DNA from: Candidatus Kapaibacterium sp.
GTDB lineage: Bacteria; Bacteroidota; Ignavibacteria; Kapaibacteriales; UBA961
Assembly (NCBI GenBank): GCA_017302855.1
Contig: JAFLBY010000001.1
Location: forward strand, 9,208-73,207
Reading direction: 5' to 3'
DNA: 64,000 bases
Shown here: positions 10,138-20,810 of the stretch, piece by piece
How the letters are laid out: the number at the start of each line of letters is the position of its first letter
How positions within the stretch are numbered: position 1 is the first letter of the stretch
Notes under the pieces: model-generated
Databases searched by the model: none
What the model saw: the letters and a program-made list of their open reading frames with translations, nothing else
Told to the model about the DNA's origin: nothing
Made by a program: the position numbers and the translations under genes

Positions 10138-11295
10138 ATGAATAGATTTACAAACTTACTTAGTAACTGGAACAATAAACCCCAATACATCGTTGGTATC
10201 ATGACCGGAACATCTTTAGATGGTATAGACACCGCATTGTGCCGACTTCAAACCATTGATAATTCAATCACAATAGAACTATGCCACTTTATGTGTTCGG
10301 AATACCCAACTACAATGAAAGAGAACATAGTTACTTTGTTAAATGAACCAGCACCAATATCTATGTATAGCCATATACATCATGAACTTAGTAGAGTCTA
10401 TGCACAATGTATAAGAGACCTATGCACAAAGTCCAAATATGATATGAACTCAATTTCTGCAATTGGTATTCATGGACAAACTCTCTGGCATGATCCGCGA
10501 CAGAAAAACTGCACATTGCAAGCCGGCAATGGAGAAGTTCTTGCAAAAATACTATCTATCCCTGTAGTAAGTGATTTTAGAAGTGCCGATGTTGCACTTG
10601 GAGGTACGGGTGCTCCCCTGGTGCCAATATTTGACAAAGAATATTTTTCGTCCGATACCGATACGAATATAGCAATCAATATAGGAGGTATGGCAAATAT
10701 AACAGTGTTGCCACCTCGTGATTCACAAACTCCTATTGTTGCATGCGACACAGGTCCCGGCAATGTTCTCATAGACGCTCTTTGCATGAAATATTACAAT
10801 ATTCCTTTCGACAACAATGGAGAATATGCACGTAATGGCTTCATAATTCATGAGATGCTACAAGAGCTAAAAAGCCATTTATTCTATCGTACTCCCCTGC
10901 CAAAATCAACCGGACGAGAATTTTTTGGTCAAGACTATGCGGACTATCTCTGCAAAACATACGCAAATTATCCCCCTAATGACCTAATTCGCACAGTCAC
11001 AGAGCTTACTGCATGGCACATAACCGACCATATAGCAAGATTATCAAATAATCCCGGCACAATGATAGTTGCAGGCGGCGGTAAACACAACCTGTTTCTT
11101 ATGAAGAGATTGAAAGAAAATATGCCTCAACTTTCTCTGTGTTCCTCAGAATCATTCGGCATAAACAGCGATGCCAAAGAAGCTATGTGTTTTGCTTACC
11201 TTTGTTATAGAACATTATCTGGTTTACCATCCAATATTCCATCCGTCACAGGAGCATCGCGAGAAGCCATACTCGGTTCAATTTCCTTGCCTTAA
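10138..11295 (+). CDS. anmK: Anhydro-N-acetylmuramic acid kinase AnmK
   Basis: YIVGIMTGTSLDGIDTAL N-terminus typical of AnmK; 385 aa. Confidence 0.8.
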   Translation: MNRFTNLLSNWNNKPQYIVGIMTGTSLDGIDTALCRLQTIDNSITIELCHFMCSEYPTTMKENIVTLLNEPAPISMYSHIHHELSRVYAQCIRDLCTKSKYDMNSISAIGIHGQTLWHDPRQKNCTLQAGNGEVLAKILSIPVVSDFRSADVALGGTGAPLVPIFDKEYFSSDTDTNIAINIGGMANITVLPPRDSQTPIVACDTGPGNVLIDALCMKYYNIPFDNNGEYARNGFIIHEMLQELKSHLFYRTPLPKSTGREFFGQDYADYLCKTYANYPPNDLIRTVTELTAWHITDHIARLSNNPGTMIVAGGGKHNLFLMKRLKENMPQLSLCSSESFGINSDAKEAMCFAYLCYRTLSGLPSNIPSVTGASREAILGSISLP

Positions 11296-11732
11296 CAATG
11301 TGTAAGGCTGTGTATTTTATCAACACGTTTTTGATGACGACCACCTTCGAATTCAGTGGCTAAAAATGTTGTAACTATATCTTTTGCCTCGTCATACGAT
11401 AAAAACCGAGCACCCAAGGTTACAACATTACAATTATTATGCTGTCGGCACAAGGCAGCTTGTTCCTTAACAAGGCAATTAGCTGCACGTATCCCCTTCA
11501 CTTTATTGGCAGTAATACAAACACCTATGCCGCTGCCGCAAACAAGTACAGCACAATCACATTCATTGTTTTCGACCAAGTGACAAGCTGCAACTGCATA
11601 ATCGGGATAGTCTGCCGATTCTGAAGAATATGTTCCACAATCATTCACATTGTGACCTTGTTCTACTAAAAAAGAGACAATAAGATTTTTTAATTCATAA
11701 CCGGCATGATCGGCACCAATGGCAATATTCAT
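11292..11732 (-). CDS. rpiB: Ribose-5-phosphate isomerase B
   Basis: MNIAIGADHAGYELK...VLVCGSGIGVCITANKVKGIRAA. RpiB/LacA/LacB family, 146 aa. Confidence 0.85.
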   Translation of the reverse strand: MNIAIGADHAGYELKNLIVSFLVEQGHNVNDCGTYSSESADYPDYAVAACHLVENNECDCAVLVCGSGIGVCITANKVKGIRAANCLVKEQAALCRQHNNCNVVTLGARFLSYDEAKDIVTTFLATEFEGGRHQKRVDKIHSLTHC

Positions 11733-11797
11733 CGTAAGTCCTTGGAAAAATAAAAAAAACTACAGATAACTCAACTATATTAACTCACTTGAAGATA

Positions 11798-12031
11798 TTT
11801 TCCACAAAATTGCACACATTATGCTCATTTGGAGTAAAAAACACCATAATCTGTGGGGTAAACTCTCACTTTTTTTGTGGAGAACATAACTTTATCCACT
11901 TTTATGTGTAAAACATTACAATTATTCACAAAGTTTTCCACACAAATTTGGGGGGAAATTTTCTTTCTTTGTCTTTTGTACATAATCGCTTATATTACTT
12001 TTATCCACATTAGTTTTCCACATTTCCACAG
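11798..12031. promoter_or_regulatory. Cluster of DnaA-box-like 9-mers in an AT-rich intergenic region (candidate oriC or DnaA-regulated site)
   Basis: TTTTCCACA (11798), TGTGGGGTA (11852), TGTGGAGAA (11876), TTATCCACT (11892), TTATTCACA (11922), TTTTCCACA (11934), TTATCCACA perfect (12001), TTTTCCACA (12014), TTTCCACAG (12023). Confidence 0.35.
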
Positions 12032-12096
12032 GAGATAAAGTATTTTTACTATAAAAATTTAACTATTACTTAATACAAGAATAACTTTTTGCTCAT

Positions 12097-12756
12097 TTAC
12101 TCTACAAAAGTAGGAACAAAAGGAAAGCGATGAGATAAAAAACAAAGTAACTGACCATCATGGATTTCAATAGAACACATTGTCGCAGATGCTCTGTTGC
12201 GCGCCCCTTCCCTTTCCCCCAAACGAAGAAGTTCTTTGTGTAGATTCCAAACAAATCCATGTAAACTAAGAGTGCAAGATGGTTGAGGAATAAGAGAAAT
12301 AAGCTCATTTTTCACAGTGGAAAATGAAATACTTTGCATTACAGGAATAGCATAACGCTCTCCATCAAGTATAGTGAGGGACATAAGAGGACAAAATTTC
12401 ATGAACACACTCCAATTATTAAGTGTATGGTCAAGTTCCCCTCCGTGAAAGCCACAAATCAAAATGTGGTGATAATTGTTTTCAATGCAGAAACGCAAAG
12501 TTTTCTCAAAATCATTAGTCTCTTGTTCAGGAAGGTGGACAATATGGCTTTGAGGAAAAGAGGTATATACTTCTGTGCTGTCCATATCGCCAATAATAAC
12601 AGCCGGAAAGAAGCCTAACCTCTGAAGTTGTTTGGAAGCACCGTCGGCAGCAATAAAAGGTGCCGGATGCAGTGCCGCAAGTATATGAGGTGCTGGCATG
12701 TCTCCATTTAAACAAACAACGCAATCAAAAGGATTATTGTAAAACTCTAATCTCAT
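12097..12756 (-). CDS. Thiamine diphosphokinase
   Basis: AADGASKQLQRLGFFPAVIIGDMDS and ICGFHGGELDH motifs resemble TPK. 219 aa; 4-nt overlap with the upstream channel gene. Confidence 0.5.
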   Translation of the reverse strand: MRLEFYNNPFDCVVCLNGDMPAPHILAALHPAPFIAADGASKQLQRLGFFPAVIIGDMDSTEVYTSFPQSHIVHLPEQETNDFEKTLRFCIENNYHHILICGFHGGELDHTLNNWSVFMKFCPLMSLTILDGERYAIPVMQSISFSTVKNELISLIPQPSCTLSLHGFVWNLHKELLRLGEREGARNRASATMCSIEIHDGQLLCFLSHRFPFVPTFVE

Positions 12757-13820
12757 GGTTCATCAGGCAAAAAAGGAGGTTCTGAAGTAAGTAAATCAGG
12801 TAATTGTACATGATTGGTGTTTCCTATTCTATCTAAGTGAAGTAAAGTAAATTCTGAATCACGATCACGTTCATACATTGGGGTAAACTTATGTCCCCAT
12901 AAGAACTCATGCCATTTATATGAGTGAGTCTTTTGTACATTTTGCGAAAAAGTATTGTCAAAACCATTCAATAATATTAAAAACTCTGCATCAGATTCCT
13001 CAAATTCTTGTTGAGTGATACCGTAAAGAGGACTTGACTCATCCACAGGGTGATTGATAGTCCATCCTATAGTGAGGAAATTTACCGTATCGTATTCCAA
13101 AGGTAAACGGTAAAATTTACGGGAAGATATGCCATTGTTGATTTCCGTTCTTGCTAAAGTAACCTGTGCATGAACCTCGGATAGCAGATTGTTTTTGGCA
13201 TTGGCAACCCTAAACATAAAACCTCTTCCGGATTTGTGAGGGGCAACTATTGCCCGGGGACTAAAAATCAGATGAGCTACAGGACGCGAAAAACGTCCAT
13301 AGAGAAGTCCGGTGACAAGGGCAAACGATAACAAACCAAGGAAAGACTCGATAGCTGCCACACTTTGCGATAGAAAACCTCGTGGTGATATAGATCCATA
13401 TCCTACGGTTGTTATCGTGTGGGAGCTAAAGAAAAACGCCTCCATAAAATGCTCAAACATTGTCTGAGCACGTGATCCTTCCAAATACTCCGTGCCTATG
13501 AAAAAGTACAAAAGAGCAAACACGGTATTGATAATGACATAAAAGCCCGCCACAAATGCTAAAAACGTGGTCCACGAGGCTGTCATCAACCAATGGTATG
13601 AATCAAATATCTGAAAAAAGGGAATACCGGTTCGATGGATGAGAAATGTACCGTTTTTATCCATAAAACGGGTACCTTGATTGCCTGTTTGTGAACCAAA
13701 TCCAAGATTATCGGTAGTGTGAGCGCGGCGGTGTTTTTTTTTGAATGGGTTGGATACTTTCATAGTAAACCGAGTATGTTTTTCATAAGAATGAACAATC
13801 CTTGGTGTTTGTAACGTCAT
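12753..13820 (-). CDS. Inward-rectifier-type potassium channel (KirBac-like)
   Basis: Two TM helices flank a pore helix with the selectivity filter TITTVGYGSI. A cytoplasmic Ig-like C-terminal domain follows. 355 aa. Confidence 0.65.
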   Translation of the reverse strand: MTLQTPRIVHSYEKHTRFTMKVSNPFKKKHRRAHTTDNLGFGSQTGNQGTRFMDKNGTFLIHRTGIPFFQIFDSYHWLMTASWTTFLAFVAGFYVIINTVFALLYFFIGTEYLEGSRAQTMFEHFMEAFFFSSHTITTVGYGSISPRGFLSQSVAAIESFLGLLSFALVTGLLYGRFSRPVAHLIFSPRAIVAPHKSGRGFMFRVANAKNNLLSEVHAQVTLARTEINNGISSRKFYRLPLEYDTVNFLTIGWTINHPVDESSPLYGITQQEFEESDAEFLILLNGFDNTFSQNVQKTHSYKWHEFLWGHKFTPMYERDRDSEFTLLHLDRIGNTNHVQLPDLLTSEPPFLPDEP

Positions 13821-13876
13821 AAGAGAATCTTAATTGCTAATTTTGCAGACTTTTTATTCACTTACACATATAAGCG

Positions 13877-15595
13877 ATGTCCGAATCACAAGGTAAAGAA
13901 CTCACATACTCGCAGTTCATCTACAATCGTCCTTCTTTGACGGAGGTAACAACACAATATCAAGAGCTTAATGATAGGTTTGACAAAGCGCAGACATCGG
14001 AACAAGCAATTGAAATTATCAAAGAATGGAATGAAATACGTATTGATTACAGAACAAACACAAGTTTGATTGGAACAAAATTCAGCCAAAATGTCAAAGA
14101 TGAATGGGCTAAAAACGAAAAAGACTATCTTGATGAAATTGGTCCCGCTATCTCGGAAATTAAGACAAACTTTATAAAAAAAATTCTTGATTCTCCATTT
14201 GTGGAAGATATAGAAAAAGAATGGGGTAATGTATTGATTCTGCGTTTGCAAGATTCTATCCGTACATTTAATCCTGAAATTAAGCCCTTTTTAATAGAGC
14301 AAGCGCATATTGTAAAACAATATGAAGAAATCATTGCATCTGCTGAAATAGAATTTGACGGTACAACTCATAATTTGTCTTCACTCGGAAAATTATTAAC
14401 AGACACCGACAGAAATGTGCGATTGCGCGCTCAGCAAGCGAAATATGCCTATCTTGAAAAAAATGGTGAAAAAATTGATGAAATTTATGATAAATTAGTA
14501 AAAATCCGCCATAAAATGGCTGTTACTTTAGGATATAAAAATTATATTGAATTACGATACATTGAACTTGGTAGAAGTGAATATACAGCAAAAGATGTAG
14601 AAAAATTCCGCGATACCGTGTTTAACAAAATTGTACCTTTCTTGTCGGAATTGTACGAAGATCAACGCAAGCGACTCGGTGTGGACACTCTGTGTTTTCA
14701 CGATGAATCTTTAATGTTTTCGGAAGGCAACCCAACAGCACAAGGAAGTCCCGATTGGATAGTAGAAAGAGCAAAAGAAATGTATGCAGAATTATCACCG
14801 GAAACGGATGTGTTTTTCCGTACGATGATAGATCGTGATTTGATGGATTTAGTCACACGTCCCAATAAATCGGTAGGTGGATATTGCACTAATTTCCCAC
14901 GTTACGGGGTGCCGTTTATATTTTCTAATTTTAATGGTACAACCCACGACGTTGAAGTGCTGACCCATGAAGCCGGTCATGCATTCCAAGTATGGGAAAG
15001 CCGTCATCATAAAGCACCGGAATTTTATTTCCCTACCCTTGAAGCATGTGAAATACATTCTATGGGAATGGAATATATGACATGGAAATGGATGGATAAA
15101 TTTTTTGAAAAACAAACCAATAGATTTTATTATTATCATTTGGTCAAATCTTTAATGTTTATGGCGTATGGTTGTGCTGTAGATGAATTCCAACATTGGG
15201 TGTTTGACAATGTGGAAGCTACACCGCAAGAACGTAATGCAATGTGGCGAAGTCTTGAAAAAAAATATCTGCCATGGCGTAATTACGATAATATACCCTA
15301 TATGGAAAATGGTACTATGTGGCAATTTCAAAAACATATTTTTGGTATGCCTTTTTATTATATTGATTATGTGTTGGCGCAAACCTGTGCACTGCAATTT
15401 TGGGTTCGTTCCCGAAAAGATTGGGACACAGCGGTCAAGGATTATATTGCTATTTGTAAAGTGGGTGGAAGCCAAACATTTTTAGATATTATTAAAACAG
15501 GTAATTTGATTTCACCTTTCGATGAACAAGCACTTGAAATTGTCACAAAAGAAGCAAAAGAATGGCTTGCACAATGGCAAGATGATTGGAATTAA
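13877..15595 (+). CDS. pepF: M3B family oligoendopeptidase F
   Basis: 572 aa. HEAGHAFQ zinc-binding HExxH in the PepF context. Confidence 0.8.
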   Translation: MSESQGKELTYSQFIYNRPSLTEVTTQYQELNDRFDKAQTSEQAIEIIKEWNEIRIDYRTNTSLIGTKFSQNVKDEWAKNEKDYLDEIGPAISEIKTNFIKKILDSPFVEDIEKEWGNVLILRLQDSIRTFNPEIKPFLIEQAHIVKQYEEIIASAEIEFDGTTHNLSSLGKLLTDTDRNVRLRAQQAKYAYLEKNGEKIDEIYDKLVKIRHKMAVTLGYKNYIELRYIELGRSEYTAKDVEKFRDTVFNKIVPFLSELYEDQRKRLGVDTLCFHDESLMFSEGNPTAQGSPDWIVERAKEMYAELSPETDVFFRTMIDRDLMDLVTRPNKSVGGYCTNFPRYGVPFIFSNFNGTTHDVEVLTHEAGHAFQVWESRHHKAPEFYFPTLEACEIHSMGMEYMTWKWMDKFFEKQTNRFYYYHLVKSLMFMAYGCAVDEFQHWVFDNVEATPQERNAMWRSLEKKYLPWRNYDNIPYMENGTMWQFQKHIFGMPFYYIDYVLAQTCALQFWVRSRKDWDTAVKDYIAICKVGGSQTFLDIIKTGNLISPFDEQALEIVTKEAKEWLAQWQDDWN

Positions 15596-15627
15596 TTTTT
15601 TTATTATAAATTATTATTGAGATTACT

Positions 15628-16500
15628 ATGAATATTGAATTTGAACAAAAAGTATTTCCGAATCAAAGACAATCAGAGCAAGAATTGGCTGAAATAGCAT
15701 TGCATATTCGCAGGGATATTATTAAATCACTTGCTCTTGCGCAATCAGGTCACAGCGGAGGGCCTCTTGGTTCCTCTGATATTTTTGCAACAATGTATTT
15801 TGGCGGATATATGCGCTACAAACCCGAAGATATGCAATGGGAAGGGCGCGATAGATTTGTATTAAGTGCTGGTCATATGTGTCCGGTGATGTATGCTACT
15901 TTGGCAAATGCAGGGTGTTTTCCCAAAGCAGAATTAGCAACATTGCGCAAATATAATACACGTTTACAAGGTCACCCGGGACGTGATATGGGATTACCCG
16001 GTGTGGAAACATCTTCCGGGTCTCTCGGTCAAGGAATATCTATTGCTGTCGGTATGGCAATGAGTGATAAATTATTGGATAAAAATGATCGCAGAGTATT
16101 TAGTTTAACCGGCGACGGTGAATTACAAGAAGGAAGTGTGTGGGAAGCTGCTATGGCTGCTTCACATTTTAAATTAGATAATTTCTGCTGGATTATTGAT
16201 AATAATGACTGTCAAATTGACGGTAGAATAAAAGAAGTTTTGGATGTATATCCGATAGATGAAAAATGTAAATCATTCGGGTTTGATACCGTGGTTGTTG
16301 ATGGTCATAATTTTACGGAATTAATGGGTGCTTTTGATAGGTTCTTAGAAAATCAAAAAAATAACACAGGCAAACCAACAGCTATTATTGCAAAAACATA
16401 TATGGGACACGGTGTGTCATTTATGAATGATAATTATAAATGGCATGGTATGCCGCCATCGGTAGAACAAGCTCAACAAGCATTGGCTGAATTGGTGTGA
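15628..16500 (+). CDS. Transketolase, N-terminal (TPP-binding) subunit
   Basis: GHSGGPLGSSDIFATMYF, GHMCPVMYA and GDGELQEG motifs; 290 aa. Confidence 0.85.
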   Translation: MNIEFEQKVFPNQRQSEQELAEIALHIRRDIIKSLALAQSGHSGGPLGSSDIFATMYFGGYMRYKPEDMQWEGRDRFVLSAGHMCPVMYATLANAGCFPKAELATLRKYNTRLQGHPGRDMGLPGVETSSGSLGQGISIAVGMAMSDKLLDKNDRRVFSLTGDGELQEGSVWEAAMAASHFKLDNFCWIIDNNDCQIDGRIKEVLDVYPIDEKCKSFGFDTVVVDGHNFTELMGAFDRFLENQKNNTGKPTAIIAKTYMGHGVSFMNDNYKWHGMPPSVEQAQQALAELV

Positions 16501-17135
16501 CAATGACCATAAATATGAGAAATATCGTATTTGTTTTTGCCGTGATAATGTTGCTATCGTCATGTGCAGAAGAAAAAAAACCGGTGTACAGGGAATCGCC
16601 TGCCGTAGCAATACAGCCGCCCTCATCTATGCAGCAACAAACAACACAAAACAAAGAAAAAACAAAAATTGTTAAAGACGATTTTTCTCCTGTTACGGGA
16701 AAAGAATTGATGAAATGTATGCCTACGGTGGTTGGTGGTGCAAAAATTCTTACACCATCAACGGGAAGATCTGAAACAGCGTATGGTTATGAAACCAGAG
16801 CTGATATAGAAGTGATATATGGCACAGGTGTAACTGTGCGTATAGGAATAACCGATTATGCGGGACATTATTATGCCATACGTGAGCGCTATGAAGTGCC
16901 ACGTTCGGAAATAGGTGTTGAAATGACATCGTTAACATTAGGAGCGGGCAAAGGTTTTCAAATGGTAAACATCTACGAGAAATCAGCATCTATTCGTTTT
17001 GCTGTTTCTCAACGTTTTGGGATAGATATTGAAGTTCTTAAATATACCCAAGATTTTGGCTCACCTTCAAAAGTGCTGGAATTATTGGATTTGCAGTTAT
17101 TAGAAAAAATAGCACAAACAAACGTAAAAAAATAA
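16497..17135 (+). CDS. Lipoprotein of unknown function, inserted between the two transketolase subunit genes
   Basis: Lipobox LLSSC. Start overlaps the tkt-N stop (ATGA). Confidence 0.4.
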   Translation: MTMTINMRNIVFVFAVIMLLSSCAEEKKPVYRESPAVAIQPPSSMQQQTTQNKEKTKIVKDDFSPVTGKELMKCMPTVVGGAKILTPSTGRSETAYGYETRADIEVIYGTGVTVRIGITDYAGHYYAIRERYEVPRSEIGVEMTSLTLGAGKGFQMVNIYEKSASIRFAVSQRFGIDIEVLKYTQDFGSPSKVLELLDLQLLEKIAQTNVKK

Positions 17136-17147
17136 TAAGGAATTTGT

Positions 17148-18152
17148 ATGCAAGAATTAACATTACTCGGTTCTAAACCCACGCGCCACGGTTTTGGTGA
17201 AGGTTTGGTTACACTCGGTGAGAGACATGACAATGTCGTGGTTTTAGGTGGTGATATCACTGGTTCGGTTATGACATCTTTATTTAAAGATAAATTTCCC
17301 GACAGATTTTTTTCTATTGGTATTGCAGAGCAAAATGCAACCACAATAGCCGCCGGTTTGGCTTTAAGCGGAAAGATTCCGTTTTTTGCAAGTTATGGTG
17401 CTTTTTGTGCTTTGCGTAATGCCGATCAATTACGTATTTCCGTTTGCTATAATGAAGCGAATGTGAAAATTGGTGGTGGTCATGCCGGTATTTCCGTTGG
17501 TCCGGACGGTGCCACACACCAGGTTTTGGAAGAGGTTGCGTTTTTGCGTACTTTACCGCACATGACCATGATTGTGCCTTGCGATTATCTGGAAGCAAAA
17601 AAAGCAACGATAGCGATGGGTGAAAAAGTAGGTCCGGCATATATTCGTTTTGGACGCTCACCTGTGCCGCTTTTTACCACAGAGGATACACCCTTTGAAA
17701 TAGGAAAAGCACAAGTGTTCCGCGAAGGCAATGACATTGCTTTGATTGCTAATGGGGCTTTGGTATGGGAATCCATGCTTGCTGCCACAGAATTAGCAAA
17801 AAAAGGAATACAAGCACGTGTTATTAATTGTCCGTCAATTAAACCATTCGATGTAGAAACGGTTGTGAATGCTGCGCGTGAATGCGGTGCTATTGTTACT
17901 GCCGAGGAGCATCAAGTTCATGGTGGGCTTGGAGGAGCTGTTGCAGAAGTCACTGCAAAAAATGCTCCCGTGCCGGTTGAGTTTGTAGGAGTGAGAGATA
18001 GTTTCGGAGGTAGCGGCGAACCGGAAGAGTTGATGGTAAAATTCGGGCTGACATGGAAAGAAATATATGCTTCTGCATTAGTGGCAATGGAACGTCGAGA
18101 CAAAGGAAGCAGCGGCTATCGCCAAGTGAAAGATGTAGAGCAGTTTAGTTAG
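17148..18152 (+). CDS. Transketolase, C-terminal (pyrimidine-binding) subunit
   Basis: 334 aa with a transketolase Pyr domain and C-terminal domain. Confidence 0.85.
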   Translation: MQELTLLGSKPTRHGFGEGLVTLGERHDNVVVLGGDITGSVMTSLFKDKFPDRFFSIGIAEQNATTIAAGLALSGKIPFFASYGAFCALRNADQLRISVCYNEANVKIGGGHAGISVGPDGATHQVLEEVAFLRTLPHMTMIVPCDYLEAKKATIAMGEKVGPAYIRFGRSPVPLFTTEDTPFEIGKAQVFREGNDIALIANGALVWESMLAATELAKKGIQARVINCPSIKPFDVETVVNAARECGAIVTAEEHQVHGGLGGAVAEVTAKNAPVPVEFVGVRDSFGGSGEPEELMVKFGLTWKEIYASALVAMERRDKGSSGYRQVKDVEQFS

Positions 18153-18171
18153 TGCTCTTTTTTTAATACGC

Positions 18172-18214
18172 AAAAAAAATCCCTTTTCACCAATGTTGTG
18201 AAAAGGGATTTTTG
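18172..18214. terminator. Bidirectional rho-independent terminator between tkt-C and the convergent MCP gene
   Basis: AAAAAAAATCCCTTTTCAC-loop-GTGAAAAGGGATTTTTG. Confidence 0.5.
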
Positions 18215-18243
18215 ATATAATGAGCAAAAGGATATTTTTATAC

Positions 18244-19674
18244 TTAAGAAGTTATAGCTATGAGTAAACCATCTAATTTTTGAATAACTTGCTCACGCAA
18301 ATCAAACAATACATCCAATTGAGTTCTTGCTCTATCTACATCACCTCTCTCAACAGCATCCACGATTAATTTCCCTGTTTCATGTACTTTTTTATGGATT
18401 GGCTCAAGACTTGTAAATTCATGATAATTACTATAGCGTTGTGTGCCTATGGTGTAATACCATTTTCCCAAACGACAAGCATAGTGATCAGTTAATTCTT
18501 TGCTATGAACACTTGTTTTTCCTATAACCGAATCGGAAACACGTTTCACCCATGAAATATGGTCCGATTTTGCGATTGAAATTAAAATACTATCAAAATG
18601 GATTTTTGCAAAACATGTGACAGCTTCGGTATTGAAAGATGTCATTTGATCCGAAAGAGAAAATAAATTTTCGAGAGTATGTTTGTGTGATTCAAGTGAG
18701 GTGTCCAAACCAAAAAGTACGCGAGATAAATCTTCTGTGGCTATACTTTGATCTTTAGAAGCGGAACTGATTTGTGCTACGGCGGAACTCGCTTGTTCTG
18801 CAGTTTTGACAGATTCATTGAGAGAACCAACCAGAGTGTCGAAGGCAGAAAGAGTTGAATCCACAGATGAGCCACTTTCTGACACGTATGTTGTAATTGT
18901 AGAAGATTGACTTGAAATTGCTTTAGATGAATCTTGAATTTGTTTGACGGCAAGATTCGTTTTTTCAGATAGTTTTCGAACTTCATCGGCAACAACGGCA
19001 AAACCTCTGCCATGCTCACCCGCACGCGCTGCTTCAATAGCGGCATTAAGAGCGAGTAAGTTCGTTTGCGATGCGATTTGTTGAATTGTTTCCGACAAAT
19101 GATTAATGGACTCGGTCTGGCGCATAAACTCTGACATTTGTTTATCAATTTTTGTAATCGTGGTACGAACTGTGTTGAGCTCTACAGTTAAGTTTTTTAT
19201 GATACCTGCTGCATCAGCTGCTGTTTGTCTTGTGGTTTCTGTTACTTGAGAAGCATGATACGAATGGTTTGCTATTTCTTTGGCTGTTCCTGATAACTCC
19301 TCAACGGATGCTGCAAATCCTCGCATACGGTCAGCATCTTCGCTAAAGTTTTTATTGAAAAGATAACCATGTGTATTGAATTCAGTTAATAAACGTGCTG
19401 TTTGGACAGATCTTTCAATGGATAAAACGGCTGCTTGAATGTAGTTGTCTATAAGGTCTTTTATTGCAAGGGTTTGATTTTTAAGTTGATAGGGTAGTTC
19501 TTCATTGTTAAAAGACTGATCATCAAGATAATTATGAACAATATCCAGAACTGATTGTGCATGGTTATTACTTGTTGTTTCTTGTTGAGCTAAAACAGGT
19601 AAATCGGTTGATGAAGGTGGAATGTGTTCTTGTTCGACTTTTGAGGAAGAGGAACGAAAAAAAGAAAAAGACAT
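18244..19674 (-). CDS. Methyl-accepting chemotaxis protein, apparently cytoplasmic, with a C-terminal CZB (chemoreceptor zinc-binding) domain
   Basis: MCP signalling-domain core [36 protein letters not shown]-terminal H...CRLGKWY...H motif typical of CZB. No obvious TM segments. Confidence 0.8.
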   Translation of the reverse strand: MSFSFFRSSSSKVEQEHIPPSSTDLPVLAQQETTSNNHAQSVLDIVHNYLDDQSFNNEELPYQLKNQTLAIKDLIDNYIQAAVLSIERSVQTARLLTEFNTHGYLFNKNFSEDADRMRGFAASVEELSGTAKEIANHSYHASQVTETTRQTAADAAGIIKNLTVELNTVRTTITKIDKQMSEFMRQTESINHLSETIQQIASQTNLLALNAAIEAARAGEHGRGFAVVADEVRKLSEKTNLAVKQIQDSSKAISSQSSTITTYVSESGSSVDSTLSAFDTLVGSLNESVKTAEQASSAVAQISSASKDQSIATEDLSRVLFGLDTSLESHKHTLENLFSLSDQMTSFNTEAVTCFAKIHFDSILISIAKSDHISWVKRVSDSVIGKTSVHSKELTDHYACRLGKWYYTIGTQRYSNYHEFTSLEPIHKKVHETGKLIVDAVERGDVDRARTQLDVLFDLREQVIQKLDGLLIAITS

Positions 19675-19921
19675 AATTTATTGATAAAACTGTGTGACAT
19701 ATACCACAAATTTACATGTAAAAGCGAATAGAAAAAAGAACAAAAGTCAGAAAGAACAAAAGTCAGAATAGTGAACAACATAAAAAGGTAATGTTAAAGA
19801 AAAAGAAGTTTAAATTGTAGTGTTGTCGTAGTTTTGTCGTAGTGGTTAAACGAGAAATGGCAAGTATTTTGTGTTGTTTAGTTCAAAAAATTTATCAATT
19901 ACATACAAAAAAGGAAAGCCT

Positions 19922-20722
19922 ATGAAAAAAATCGTAATGTTCTGTCTGTTCGCTGCTTTAACATCTCTAACTATTCAAACAAGTTCTGCTCAGGCATTGC
20001 GGTTTGGTGCTGCGAAAAAGCTTCAGACAACAACTAACTTTACCACCATCGTTGATAATCTCACTATGGAATGTTGGGTACGATGGAATGGTACTCCGGG
20101 AGGAATTCGATTGCTTGTCTATAATGGTGATCCATCGACGAGTGGTTATGGATACTATATTAATACAAATACAGCTCAAATCCATTTTCTTGCCGGTGGA
20201 GTCATTGATGTTGGTACAGGATACAATTTGCCCGTAAATATATGGACACACCTTGCTTTGCGCCGAACAGCAGGGACATGGCATTTAATTGTTAATGGTG
20301 TCCAACAAGGGTGGACAGCCAGTAACGCACCAAATGTACCCGGTGCTCCGGGTGCTACTGTAGGAATTGATTTTCCGGGAGATATAGATGAATTGCGTGT
20401 GTGGAATATAGCTCTACCAACAGCAACCATCCTCAATAATTTTCAACAAGCTGCGAATTCTTCTCATCCAAATTTTGCAAATCTCGTGGCATATTATCCT
20501 ATGAATGAAGGTACGGGACAAACAACAGCGGATGCCATTGGAGGAAACACAATGACACTTGGCGCAACAAACGCTGTTGGGGCAGATGACCCCACGTGGA
20601 TTGCAGACTCTTCCCCTATTACTGTCCCAACTTTAGGCGAATGGGCAATGATTATATTTGCCGTACTGCTTGTTGGTACAGCTTGGTATAAAATGAGAGA
20701 AAAACAAGCGTTAACTGCATAA
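19922..20722 (+). CDS. Secreted LamG-like (concanavalin A-like lectin/glucanase, Laminin_G_3) protein with an IPTL-CTERM-like C-terminal sorting signal
   Basis: Signal peptide MKKIVMFCLFAALTSLTIQTSSAQA. LamG_3-like core (LTMECWVRWNG...WTHLALRR...DIDELRVWN). C-terminus VPTLGEWAMIIFAVLLVGTAWYKMREKQ is a motif, then a TM helix, then basic residues. Confidence 0.6.
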   Translation: MKKIVMFCLFAALTSLTIQTSSAQALRFGAAKKLQTTTNFTTIVDNLTMECWVRWNGTPGGIRLLVYNGDPSTSGYGYYINTNTAQIHFLAGGVIDVGTGYNLPVNIWTHLALRRTAGTWHLIVNGVQQGWTASNAPNVPGAPGATVGIDFPGDIDELRVWNIALPTATILNNFQQAANSSHPNFANLVAYYPMNEGTGQTTADAIGGNTMTLGATNAVGADDPTWIADSSPITVPTLGEWAMIIFAVLLVGTAWYKMREKQALTA

Positions 20723-20810
20723 GTTGAATACTATTCCTCATAGTAAAAAGGTATAGAAATTTAATTCTATACCTTTTTTATTTTGAAACAGTAATACATA
20801 GCTTAATTAT

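Noticed and set aside
19737-19768. Short tandem duplication aagaacaaaagtcagaa x2 and ttgtcgtagt x2 in the MCP/LamG divergent promoter region
   Set aside because: Only two copies each; most likely local slippage within a promoter region, so not scored as a feature.
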